A stretch of DNA of 64,000 nucleotides from Corallochytrium limacisporum Hawaii (lineage: Eukaryota > Protista > Pluriformea). How positions within the stretch are numbered: the first letter of the stretch is position 1; each line of letters begins with the position of its first letter. The stretch spans positions 112,580 to 176,579 of the forward strand of contig PDIP01000082.1 of assembly GCA_002811645.1 (NCBI GenBank), in the 5' to 3' direction. Positions 9,760-20,423 of the stretch are shown here, piece by piece. A program made the position numbers and the translations under genes. The notes beneath the pieces were generated by a model. It was not told where the DNA came from. It worked only from the letters and a program-made list of their open reading frames with translations, and made no database searches.

Positions 9760-11441
9760 CCCTCCCTCCCTCCTTCCACCTCACCGTGGCTGGGATACGG
9801 CTGAAGGTAGGCGATCAGCGGCCCAAAACAAAGGAAAAAAAGAGAGAGAGAGAAAAAGGGAGCTAAATTTTACTTCTCTTGGGAGTTATTTTCTTAAACT
9901 TCCCGCTTCCCAAGATCAAATTTTTTCCAGTTCTTTTATTATCGAAAATGGTGGAACACACGATCGCTCAGACCCCAAAATGGAAGGAATGATAGGAGAA
10001 ATGCAGCAGAAACCACGGTGGAAATTTTTTCTTATCCTCCCCGCTCTCGTACCATTCAAGAGAAAGAAGAGAAATTTTTCTCGGCTCCCGCGACCCTCTC
10101 TCCGTACTTTTAGTACTGCACACATTTGAATCAGAGCAGCACTGCAACACTTCGAGCGGTACCAGAGCAAGAGAAAAACGCGGGCCGGCCCTGCGCTGGA
10201 CGGACTCACAACCGAGGAGCCGGGAACCGGGGAGGACAGTGCGGGGCAGTAGAGGAAATGAAACCTGGACAGTAAAAGCCCAAAGGGGACGATCCGATCC
10301 AAGCGAGCGATAGAGAGCTGGAGCCCGGGAGCAAAGGCGAGGGAAGAAAACGGTTAGGGGGGAGAATTGGGCAGGTAAAAGACGGGACCTTGAGAGCCGA
10401 GAGCGCCCATGCCCGCCTACTACTCCCACCGCAAAACCAAACCAAACCAAAAAGAATTTTAAAAGGAAAGAAAGAAAGAAAGGGGGGAGGAGCATATGAA
10501 TATTAGCAAGCAAAAAAGGGAACGAAGAAAGAAGAAGAAGAAACAGGAAAAAATGTAGTTCAGTTTTGTTTTTTTTTATTTTTCTGCATAGCCCCGGTGT
10601 GTGCTCACGGGGCAATCCCAAGGCCAGGTATTTTTAACCCCAAGAGCGGGTCAGGATAAAGGCGAAAAAAGAAACGAAAAAATACACGACCAGAACTGGC
10701 GATTTGCCAGCGCCCCGCACGGGGCCAAAAACCCCGGGGCTTGGGGGCGGGAGGACACTGGGAAGAGCGATGGGAAAGAGAAAAAGTCCCAAGGGTCCAA
10801 ATTTAATCGGGGCGGGACACCCTTTGCGGGGAGAAAAGCCTCGTGCCCGGTCCACACACCATTTCGACAGGATCACGGAAAGAGATGGATTGTTGCGATG
10901 GTAATTTGATAGTAAATGTACTGAAGTGACATTCCTAATTTGATAGCCTCTGCCAAAAGTATCGCACCACTGTGTTTTTTTTAGAGCGCGCTACCTCTGG
11001 TGGGACCTTCCCCCCCCCCTACCGCCCAAACCTCCTATGCCCCCGACCGTGCCTTTGCACAGTTTCTACTGGCAGTACAAAAAGTATAGAGAAAAACAAC
11101 TTACCACGGGCGTACAAGAATAGTGCCTTGGGGTCAGGTTCCGGTCAGCAGAGGCCAAGTGGCGAAAACGGAGGGTGAGGTCCCGAGACAGGCAAGTTGT
11201 GCTCGGGTCGGTGGATCCGTCCATTGAAGAATGCAGCATGCAAAACAAAGCATCAAAGACCTAACAGAGGCTGGACGTGAACGTAAATTCACCTACGTCA
11301 CCTCCATGTGCATCACGTTGACGTTGAATGACACATCGTGAGCTGCCTGCCTTTGGAATCGCGAACCACTCCCCAAAGATGTGTGCCGGGGGTTCGGGAC
11401 AGACCCGCACTTACACACACACCCAAAGAGAGAAGAGACAC

Positions 11442-11452
11442 AGAGAGAGAGA

Positions 11453-11505
<53 letters not shown>
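11442..11505. repeat. (GA)n microsatellite
   Basis: About 30 near-perfect GA units, read directly. Confidence 0.95.
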
Positions 11506-12707
11506 TGAGCAGTGGTGGTCGGGGAGGAGGGGAGAGTTTGGTGGTGGGCGAAAGGAGGAGAAGGAGAGCGGGCGGAGTGGCAAGGCGACGGATGATGGCC
11601 CTTTCTAACCGGAGGCCAATCAATTGGCTTGCTGCCCTTTGAAGGCAAAAAAAAAAAAAAACCGACAAGGGAGAAGTAACTGACGCATGCGCGCGAGGAG
11701 ATTACGGCGGAAACCGGTGGAGGGGGAAGGGTAGAGATACGGCGGAAGGCGAAAATTGGGAGCCCATTATGTACTGATTGAGTACAGAACGGGTGGTGTA
11801 GATAAAACCGTTCGGGCAAATGAGAGGAGGCGATTGGAGACGGTGACACCCAAATGAGAGGGGCTGAGGGGCTTTATCTGCCGCAGTTGGTAGTGCAAAT
11901 GTACTGAAGTATTGGAGAACCGTGTATCGGGCTGAACGGACCCCGTTGCATGTAAATCGGTGGGAGGCGACGGGAGTTGATGGTTGTCATAATCACATCG
12001 ACGACCTCATCATTAGGATCTGCTGTATCTGCGGCGAAGTGTGCGCACAATAATGTGGTTAAAGAGCTGGTGAAACGGGTCTGGCGATCTCTTCCTGTGT
12101 GTCGCAAAACTTGATCATTGGGATTGTGAACATTCGGACTGTGCTTGAAGATAAGGTATGGGTAGTGTTGATATTCTCAAGACAAGAACCACAGCCGCAG
12201 AGGAATCTGTTATATCATAAGAATAATCTCTTCTCGATCCTGGAAGCATGCATTCTGGAACATGCTCGGTAGCATGGACTTGTCCTGGGAACTATGCTAC
12301 CGCCTGACTTATCTTATTTCCTACATCCATCAATGGATGTCCGTGCGTACCTTACGGTGACTTCCCCAGCTCGCTATTGTGGAGGAAGGGGGGGTGACGA
12401 CCGGACGGTATTTTGGCTGTGCGCAGGAAGGTTGGAGGGAGAAGACCCCGGGGGGAGGGGGTTGGCTTTCAAATTTTCGCGCCGGAAAAGCCAGTCTTGC
12501 CCACTTGCGTGTGCACGTAGGTTCCAAACTGGACAACCAAATATTTGAACTGTGTACATACTTTATAAACCCTCCCCAACCCACCCGGGGGGGGGGGGTA
12601 GGGGGGGAACTCCTTCATCTCGGAAAATTGGTGGGGGGGGAGAGGTCGAATTCAGTATACGGAATTGATTGTGGCATTTCGGGCCCATTCCGCACAGAGT
12701 CTCGACT

Positions 12708-13661
12708 TCACTCTCCCTTGCGCTTCTTAGCAAGTTCCTGGGCCATCGCATCAAAGGCCCTTGCAGGGTCACCGCTGACAAAGCGACCAGCTAGAACAGT
12801 GGTTTCTTCGTCGTTGGCTTTGTTCATGCCTTCGCGGTAGCCGATGTTTAGTAACTGTTTGCCATGGACCAAAGAATCTGTGGGGTACTCGGCAATTCGG
12901 TCGGTGATCTTCTTCAATTCTTCCTCGAACTTGTCATCATCAAATACTCGACTCACCATACCAGCCTGATGCATTTCCTCGGCAGTCATGATCTTGCCGG
13001 CGAGTAGGACATCGCCGGCAATTTGACGACCCATGATTCTCGGAAAGGTAAAGGACGACGTACCTTCCGGCGCAAGGCCAAGCTTCATGAATGGTGCACT
13101 CATGTATGCCGAGCGTGTCGCGTAGATCATGTCAAAGGTACCTAGAACTGCTGCCATGATGCCAATCACAGGACCGTTCATACCACAGATCAGAGGTTTG
13201 GAGAAGTTGCCAAAGGCCCGGGCCATCTTTGCGGAACCATTTGCGATTGTAGACCGCGCATGGTGATACGCCTCGCCGGGCGTGCCATCATACTTGGCAG
13301 CACTGTACAAAAGACCATCTGGCTCAGATGCCTGATTTACGTCTGCTCCTGTTGACAAGAAGCGACCCGTGCCACGGAGGACCAGGCACTTCACTCGCGG
13401 GTCCTGATCCGCGTCCCGCAGCATGGCACTGGTTTGGTCATACATCTCCCACCGGATAGCATTGCCTTGCTTTGGCCTGTTCAAAGTCATGGTTGCAATC
13501 CCGTTAGGAGCTACATCGTAGAGAATTTGATCTTGCGCGTTTTCCGCAACTTCTGCGGAGCTTGCGTACGACCTTGCTGCAACCAAACCGCCAGCCACTG
13601 GCCTGAAGCTCTGGGCGCTGATTCTACGACCCGCAGTCGGGACAAGTTTCGTTACCAACAT
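12708..13661 (-). CDS. Crotonase-family enoyl-CoA delta isomerase (ECI2/Eci1-like), predicted mitochondrial
   Basis: Motifs TLNRPKQGNAI, FLSTGAD, FSKPLICGMNGPVIGI and APFMKLGLAPEGTSSFTFPRIMG. The N-terminus looks like a presequence (…ARSYASS). Confidence 0.85.
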   Translation of the reverse strand: MLVTKLVPTAGRRISAQSFRPVAGGLVAARSYASSAEVAENAQDQILYDVAPNGIATMTLNRPKQGNAIRWEMYDQTSAMLRDADQDPRVKCLVLRGTGRFLSTGADVNQASEPDGLLYSAAKYDGTPGEAYHHARSTIANGSAKMARAFGNFSKPLICGMNGPVIGIMAAVLGTFDMIYATRSAYMSAPFMKLGLAPEGTSSFTFPRIMGRQIAGDVLLAGKIMTAEEMHQAGMVSRVFDDDKFEEELKKITDRIAEYPTDSLVHGKQLLNIGYREGMNKANDEETTVLAGRFVSGDPARAFDAMAQELAKKRKGE

Positions 13662-14747
13662 GATTCAATCTAGTTCAGCTTTCTACCGATCTACAGACCG
13701 TTTACTTCAACATTACACGCAACCACCGGAACGCCCACACGACTTTCCCTTCAAATACGTGGCACACTGGCCGGACGATCTAAAAATAAAATGGTGTTCC
13801 ACGGTCACCGCAAGCGCCCCCCCCCCCTCCCCCCCCTTCTCCCTTTCGTCTGTCGTTTTCATTCCCTGTCCAACCAAACCTCCCTCGGGATCTATTAGCA
13901 ATGTCCGGTACTTCGATCATATGCACAACACTGGCCGGTGGGATTGAGTGCATGAGAGGTGAGACCGCAGGTGCCCTACTGGGTCCCAGGAAGACCTTAC
14001 TGCTGGCCCGGCAAATACGGCTGCGTAATCATTCGACGAAGCCACCGGTGGTACTGAAGGGCATAGTGGAGAAGACACCATAGTGAAACTATGGAATCTG
14101 GTCGGTACCCCCCTCCTTTTTTTTCTCGTTGTGCCTCCCACCCCCTCTCCGTTCCGTGCGGAAAGAAAATGGGAGTCCAGTTTCAATGGGGGGCACAGCC
14201 AATAAGTGTTCCAGTTTTCTTGTTGAGTTTGCGGGGTCCGTAATATTTGGCTCTTTCGAATACCGCTCGTGATATTTGTGGCCAAGGTGTCCGTTTTTGG
14301 TACCCAAGCCATAGAAAAGCAGGATTGGAATATTCCGGGCAGCTTTTGGCGCAAACAAGGGAACAGAATCAAAAATTGGTACATTCACTATAGGAACCAT
14401 GGCAGGCACCGCACCCGAAAGATTCCGCGAAATGTCGTACGCGTGGAGTGGAAGCCGAAGCCCAAAACGCCGCGAAGAATTTCAAAAGTAACGTGCAAAT
14501 CGCAAGTACGCCTCGGGGTCTCTTGACTCTCGCGCTTTCGCTGCGCAGCCACCAGGATAATATGGCGCTGAGTTCTTGAACATGCGCGAGCAATTTCTTC
14601 TTTGGTGCTTTCGTGAACATGAACTATGGAACATGATAGGTTAAGAAACAAAAGGTACTTTAAACAGGAACACTCATCAACAGTGGGCTTGTCAGCTTGG
14701 TGACTACGCAATGGTTTTCAGGTTTAAGTGAAATACAAGCATTCAAC

Positions 14748-15644
14748 ATGCCCGAATCTACTGCAGAAAAGAGCACTGATGCTTCCGGCAAGCGTACTGT
14801 TCTCGAAGTGGACGCAGACACCGATCGGTTCAACGAAGTTCTTCGGGAAAACTTGCCGCAATACATGATCAACTGCCTCGTCGCTGCCGGTTTTGATAGC
14901 GAGGAACTGATTTCCAGTCTCCGGGTGCGGCCTCTACGCGGCACAACTTCTGATGATGATCTTGCTGCTATTGAAGACTACGTGGAGGAAGCTCTTCGTA
15001 ACGATAAGGAATACACCGGTCCCACCCCCATTCGTGATGGTGTGCCGTTCCGATTCTTGATCGGCCACCGCAGGAAGCTCGCCCTGTTTGTTATGCACTT
15101 GCAGCAGAAGAATGCAGCGTCCTTGCGCAAAAAGAGGCGCGGATTTTCTAGTGGCATATCTAGTCATGGTGTAACGACTGACCCTGATACCATGCTGGCT
15201 AGGCTAAGTGACGCGCTCGGTATCTGGTGCGTGAAGCAGAAGGAAGACCGCCTGCGCTATCTGGTGGAAGGCCGTGACTACCAGGTACAGATTAAGACAC
15301 AGAAGGGACGAAGTGAAGCTCGCTGCTTGTGCAACCACTGCAACAAGAGTTTCTTGTTGTCCACATCCGGTGACCGGTCGGTTCCAATTATATCAAATTT
15401 CACCAAGCATATTAAGGGCTGCAGCGAATACATTCTCAACTGGCAGAACGAAAACTTCGGCAAGACGGGCGGTAAGGACGGTGAGGCACCCACCCCTGCA
15501 GTGCCGAAATATGGACCCCAGGGAACAGACAAAGAGCCGGGTGAGAAGGAACCTGGAACCCCAGCGAAGAGCACCCCCGCTAAACCAACTCAAGGCTCCA
15601 CGGCTACCCCAACCAGAAAGGGCGTCAGTTCTTTGCCACCTTAA
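14748..15644 (+). CDS. SAM-like domain plus CxxC...H-x3-C zinc finger protein
   Basis: LPQYMINCLVAAGFDS...FRFLIGHRRKL is SAM-like; CLCNHCNKSF...ISNFTKHIKGC resembles a BED/C2HC finger; P/T/K-rich tail. First ATG is at 14748. Confidence 0.7.
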   Translation: MPESTAEKSTDASGKRTVLEVDADTDRFNEVLRENLPQYMINCLVAAGFDSEELISSLRVRPLRGTTSDDDLAAIEDYVEEALRNDKEYTGPTPIRDGVPFRFLIGHRRKLALFVMHLQQKNAASLRKKRRGFSSGISSHGVTTDPDTMLARLSDALGIWCVKQKEDRLRYLVEGRDYQVQIKTQKGRSEARCLCNHCNKSFLLSTSGDRSVPIISNFTKHIKGCSEYILNWQNENFGKTGGKDGEAPTPAVPKYGPQGTDKEPGEKEPGTPAKSTPAKPTQGSTATPTRKGVSSLPP

Positions 15645-15819
15645 ACCCGAAATAGGATATCAATATCACTTTCCAAACAGGATATAGTCCCATCACACAT
15701 CGTTATACATCTATCCATGTTCGATTTTGCTCACATGTTTGAGCATCTTGTTCATGTCCTCTTGCAAGTCATGGAACATCTCAAAACGAGTCATGGCCAA
15801 TTGTATTTAGATTATTGCA

Positions 15820-18477
15820 TTACGCCGATTGTTCGGTCATAGATGTGTAGGAGAGAGCATTCTTAACAGCCACATCGACAATGTTGTGGGCAGTCCTTTC
15901 GTTCTCCTTTTGTTCCTGCTTCTTAGCTTTGGACTGTTCTTTTCGCTCTTTGGTTTTAGCTTGACGCTCTCGCTTTTCCTTCAACTTGGCCTCCTTGGCA
16001 GCCTCCTTGGCCTCTTTCTTATCGTCAGCCTTGGCCTCCTTCTTGTCCTCTGCCTTGATGTCCCTCTTGTCGTCGGTGTTTACATCCTTCTTGCCGTCCT
16101 TTTTCGCGTCCTTCTTATCATTGTTCTTACCGTCCTTTTTGGCGTCCTTCCTGGCATCTTTCTTGTCGTCCTTCTTGTCTGCCTTCTTCTCGGGTTTGAC
16201 ATCCTTCTTCTCGGGTTTGACATCCTTCTTCTCAGGCTTGCTGTCCTTCCTGTCCGACTTACCATCCTTCTTTCCCTTTTCCGGTTTCCTGTCTTCTAAC
16301 TTAGACTTTCCATTGCCATCCTTACCCTTCTTCTTTTCATTGTTGCCGTTGCTTCCGTTATCTGCTTTGGGCGGACGAAAGAGAACAGGTGCAGCGTTGG
16401 ACCCGATGGTCGAAGGGAAGGATGTGTCCTTTTTGTTGCGACCACCTTTTGTACCATCATTGACGGCCCTTTCCTGGCCCTTCTTGTTCTTGCCCTTTCC
16501 GTCCCTAGTAGGTGGTGCGTCTTCCTTGAAAATTTTGCCTTCCTTGACATTTCCAACGACCATCACGGTGGTGGCCGTGATACCGCCCGTCTGACCAGGT
16601 GCACGAACTCGTACTTGTGTTACCATCTCATCCTTTGGACCATCTTTACCAAAGCCTGGGCGCACCTTTCCCCCACTCTGTAGCCCTTGGTCTTCCTTGG
16701 TTTTCTTTGTATCCTTTGTTCGGCGTTCGTTTATGACATCACGAAGATCCTTATCGTTACCACGTTGATTTTGCCCTTGACCAATCCGCCCCTCGCCGTT
16801 TGCTTGCTCCTCGACAACATCATTATTGACTTCGTCATCCTGGCTCTGACCACCTTTGCGGGGCTCCCAAGGTTCTAGCATTCCCATTGAGATGTAGTGT
16901 TCCAGAATCTCCGGCTTGGTCAAGCCAAGGATATCCTGTGCCTCACGCACGGTCGCATAGTAAAGCTGGACTCGTCCAAGCTCATCGTAATACTCCAGCG
17001 GCAGACGCAGGTGGCCTTGCGCGTCCTTGTATGCCTTGTAGGGGTTGGCAGGCACTTCTTGACCCGCATCCAGTGCACGGTCGTTGATACCCATGGATCC
17101 TGATCCAGCTCCATAACTACCATCGTTGCTGTGTGGTCCGTAGCTGCCCCCGACATCCAAGGATTGATCGTTCAGACCCATTCGACCACCCGGGCCAGAT
17201 AGGCCACGTCCCGGATCCTGCCCGTAATTAGCACGTCCAGCGACATCTCCTAGGTTGTTCTGAACTCCGACACCGTACGGAGCTTCATACCCCATGTCCT
17301 GGTACACGTCCGGCATGCCACCGTCTGAGACTGGGAACGACTGCTGGCGGGCTGCTGTGAGTCCCGTCTCGAGTAGTCCATTGTCGATCATGGGTGTCGG
17401 TGTCATCCCCATAAAATCTGATCGGTACTGCTGGTTATCTGCTTGTGGCTGGAAACCAAATCCAGCACCCTGTGCTGCACCCATGCCAAAAGTCATTCCA
17501 AAATTTGCCGCAGGCCAACGCGCATTCATGGCAGTGTTCGCCGGATATCCGTAGCTTTCTCGCTGGCTTACTGATTGCCAGTTGTTCTGCTGGAAATTGT
17601 TCCACTGGCCACCAGTATTACCCACATCATTTCCGTAGAATTGATTGTTGGGAACTTCTTGGTCATTCACATCCTTGCCCATGTCGTCATTTTTGGTACC
17701 CTGCATGTCGTTCGCTTCCTGACTCGGATCATCTTGACGTTTCCTCTGCGCAGCTGCCCGTGCCCCCCAATCATCAGTTTCATTAGATGCATTGGCATTT
17801 ACCCGTGACGGGCTACGCTTAGCGTCCTTGCTGTTCCCTCCTTGCATTGCGTTGAATTGAGGAGGCATCAAAGGCAGCGGCATGTTCGGATCGAAACCTC
17901 CGCTAAGAGGTGCCGCAAGGATGCTTGAGGTTGCATCCTGCAAGAAGCTGTCAATGTGTTGCTGAAATTCTGCGTCAACGGTCGGAGGAATAAGTGGGGC
18001 CGGAGGATTTGTATTCTTTCCTGTTCCGCCATTGCTTGATCCAGTCGTCGCTCCGCCCGCTGCTTGAACGTCAGAATCCTTTGTTGTCGCAGTCGTAGCG
18101 TTCTCCAAACGCGCACTTGATAAGGTAGCTGTTCCCTGCCCCCGTAGTGCACTGGCGTACGAACCCATGCGTCCCGAAGACCCCGATGAAGACGGTTGGG
18201 ATACAGCTCCCTGGCTAGCGGCAATGTTCGATCCCGAAGTTGACCGGGTAAACGAAGACGTGGCAGCACGGGCTGCGGTTGCTCCTGGGGTAGGAGGTGG
18301 ACCCAGAGGTGTTGTTCCCGCCCGGGAAGAACGACCACGGTAGGTACCGCTGGTTGGTCTTCCTCTGGATGCCGGTGCTCCGTAGCCGTCTCTTCGGTAC
18401 CCGCTCGCGGGCTTTGAACCGAAGCCGGAGCCAGGTCGCCCGCTGCTGGTCCTCGATGACCCTGGACCTGTATTCAT
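15820..18477 (-). CDS. Hypothetical 885-aa, largely disordered protein (RG/S-rich, Q/N/G-rich and KD-repeat regions)
   Basis: Long ATG-started ORF made of low-complexity blocks, with one short, probably folded island (NPYKAYKDAQG...MLEPWEP). Confidence 0.75.
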   Translation of the reverse strand: MNTGPGSSRTSSGRPGSGFGSKPASGYRRDGYGAPASRGRPTSGTYRGRSSRAGTTPLGPPPTPGATAARAATSSFTRSTSGSNIAASQGAVSQPSSSGSSGRMGSYASALRGQGTATLSSARLENATTATTKDSDVQAAGGATTGSSNGGTGKNTNPPAPLIPPTVDAEFQQHIDSFLQDATSSILAAPLSGGFDPNMPLPLMPPQFNAMQGGNSKDAKRSPSRVNANASNETDDWGARAAAQRKRQDDPSQEANDMQGTKNDDMGKDVNDQEVPNNQFYGNDVGNTGGQWNNFQQNNWQSVSQRESYGYPANTAMNARWPAANFGMTFGMGAAQGAGFGFQPQADNQQYRSDFMGMTPTPMIDNGLLETGLTAARQQSFPVSDGGMPDVYQDMGYEAPYGVGVQNNLGDVAGRANYGQDPGRGLSGPGGRMGLNDQSLDVGGSYGPHSNDGSYGAGSGSMGINDRALDAGQEVPANPYKAYKDAQGHLRLPLEYYDELGRVQLYYATVREAQDILGLTKPEILEHYISMGMLEPWEPRKGGQSQDDEVNNDVVEEQANGEGRIGQGQNQRGNDKDLRDVINERRTKDTKKTKEDQGLQSGGKVRPGFGKDGPKDEMVTQVRVRAPGQTGGITATTVMVVGNVKEGKIFKEDAPPTRDGKGKNKKGQERAVNDGTKGGRNKKDTSFPSTIGSNAAPVLFRPPKADNGSNGNNEKKKGKDGNGKSKLEDRKPEKGKKDGKSDRKDSKPEKKDVKPEKKDVKPEKKADKKDDKKDARKDAKKDGKNNDKKDAKKDGKKDVNTDDKRDIKAEDKKEAKADDKKEAKEAAKEAKLKEKRERQAKTKERKEQSKAKKQEQKENERTAHNIVDVAVKNALSYTSMTEQSA
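16182..16233. repeat. 21-bp coding tandem repeat (KKDVKPE) x2.5
   Basis: ccttcttctcgggtttgacat occurs at 16182 and 16203, with a partial copy at 16224. Confidence 0.9.
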
Positions 18478-19236
18478 ATCTGCTCCAGGCTCTCCACTAA
18501 AAGAGTTTTGCTATACCGAAAGCGATGCAAGGTTTGCGGAGCCTTCCCACAAAACTACCTCTCTATATTGGCCAGTGGGGTCCGCTATGCGAACTACTTT
18601 ACATTCCGTTGGAGGTATAATTGCATTTGGTGATTCAGGTACCTCTTTAACCACACGCACATTCAAAAGGGAACATCTTTACAGTGACTCAATACTCTAG
18701 TAAATTGAGCAAGTACACTTGACAATCCTATGGCGCCACGCAAAATACATACGAGCACCATCAACCGGAAGCCGAAGAAAGGGAGAGCCACAAAGTCGTT
18801 CATTGCACACTGGAACCGCGCTTATTACTGAGCGCGACAGGAAAGCGCTGTCAGTCACCAGGCATATGCCAGCGCTTCCCGAGTGTGCGATAGCCACGCA
18901 AAAGCAGGGAAGGAAGGAAAGAAAGAAGGAAAAAGGGGAGAAAAAGAAAAAGGAATCGCGACCTACCGACGCCCCCCCCCCCCACCACCTCCGCGGTGGG
19001 CTTCTCCTCCTCTCTTTTTCTCCTGCTGGGCCCAAAGGCCCAAAGGAGGCGCACACTATCTCCGTCATCCCCAAGACTCCAAAGGACCGTAACCAATCTC
19101 TTCAACCGCCACCCACCCCCCGGGGGGCCCCGGGGAGGGGTGGCCAGCTCTCTCGCGCTCTCGCGCTCTACTCCCCAAATGTCTCACTCACTCCTCCGTG
19201 TCGCCCCTTCCAAGCCCTATCAAAATCGCGGGGCAA

Positions 19237-19258
19237 ACACACACACACACACACACAC
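19237..19258. repeat. (CA)n microsatellite (a second tract lies at ~19476-19495)
   Basis: Direct reading. Confidence 0.9.
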
Positions 19259-20423
19259 GCACGCACACATGCGTACCGGGAGCACGACGAATCCATAAAA
19301 AAAGTCCGTGCATGTGCTTTTCCTCCGTCCTCCCGCCCAAGTACCCAACACAAGAAAAAAGAAAAGAACCGGAGGAGAGGCAGATAACAACGGAGAAAAG
19401 GAAGAAAAAAAGAATAAAAAAAAACGCCATAGCGAGAATTGCCAAAAGAAAGGGAGAAGAAAGGGCGGCAAGCAAACACACACACACACACACACGGGAG
19501 CCCTTGAAATTAGAAAAGCATAGAGAAAAATAGATCCCCATTCCTCCTGCCTCTCTCTCTCTCTCTCCCCGGCCCTTTCTTTCCCGGCGCCCCCCCCCCC
19601 TGCTCCGCGGTACGATTGGCCTGCAGGACAGACAAAGTTAACAAAGTTGGAAGAAAAGCCACAACACAGGCTAAACAGCGAGGCTAAGCGACGGGTGGAC
19701 CAGCAGGCCCAAAGTAAACCAAAAAAAAAATAAGGCCATAACGTACTGCGTGGCCCGGGGAAAAAAGTCACCGAAACTTGGGCCACGCGTGCTTTCGAAG
19801 GTGTGGGTCGAGAAAAGTCTGAAGAGGAAAACCACACTCGGGTTCTGATAGTGAATGAATGGTACTGGAATTGAGGCGCGAATGAAAAAGGTCCGGAGGC
19901 CCCGTGTTTCCCCTCCCCCCCCTCCCCTCCCAAGAAAAAACAATTAAAAGAAAATCAAGAGAAAAACGTCGGGGAGGGGAGAGGGTTGTGCCCGTCTTTG
20001 TTTCTCCTCCTTCAGTCTTTCTTCCTTCGGAGGCTTGGGTAGTGGTTAACGGGGGGGGGGGTTCAGTCGGGAGCGAGATGGCGAGAGAAGGACCCCCCAC
20101 GGGGGAGAGGAGGAGAGGGCCTGGACCTGGGGCCTGGGACAGGCACGGAAAGCTCAGGTCGGCGGACATCGCCACCGGTCCCCTCGGGGGCCCTGGGCTA
20201 AGATCGGGTCCCGGTGTCATTCAGCGCGTAGAAAGCGGCTATGCTGGTATTTGATGCCATGATCAGTATCATCATGTGGTGGTTAATTGAATCTGTGCCA
20301 TCAGAAGGGAGATGCATTCACACGCAGCTGCCGACCAGCACTGAACGGGAGTGCGGTCGCCTATAACGGAGGTCAAACATGTAGAAATTATGTACATCTG
20401 TGGATAAAATCATATCAGCCAAG

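Noticed and set aside
9101-10621. ORFs of 100-280 aa across the N gap and poly-purine tracts (also 18700-19950, 23900-24760, 40944-41609)
   Set aside because: They are artefacts of Ns and of stop-poor low-complexity sequence.
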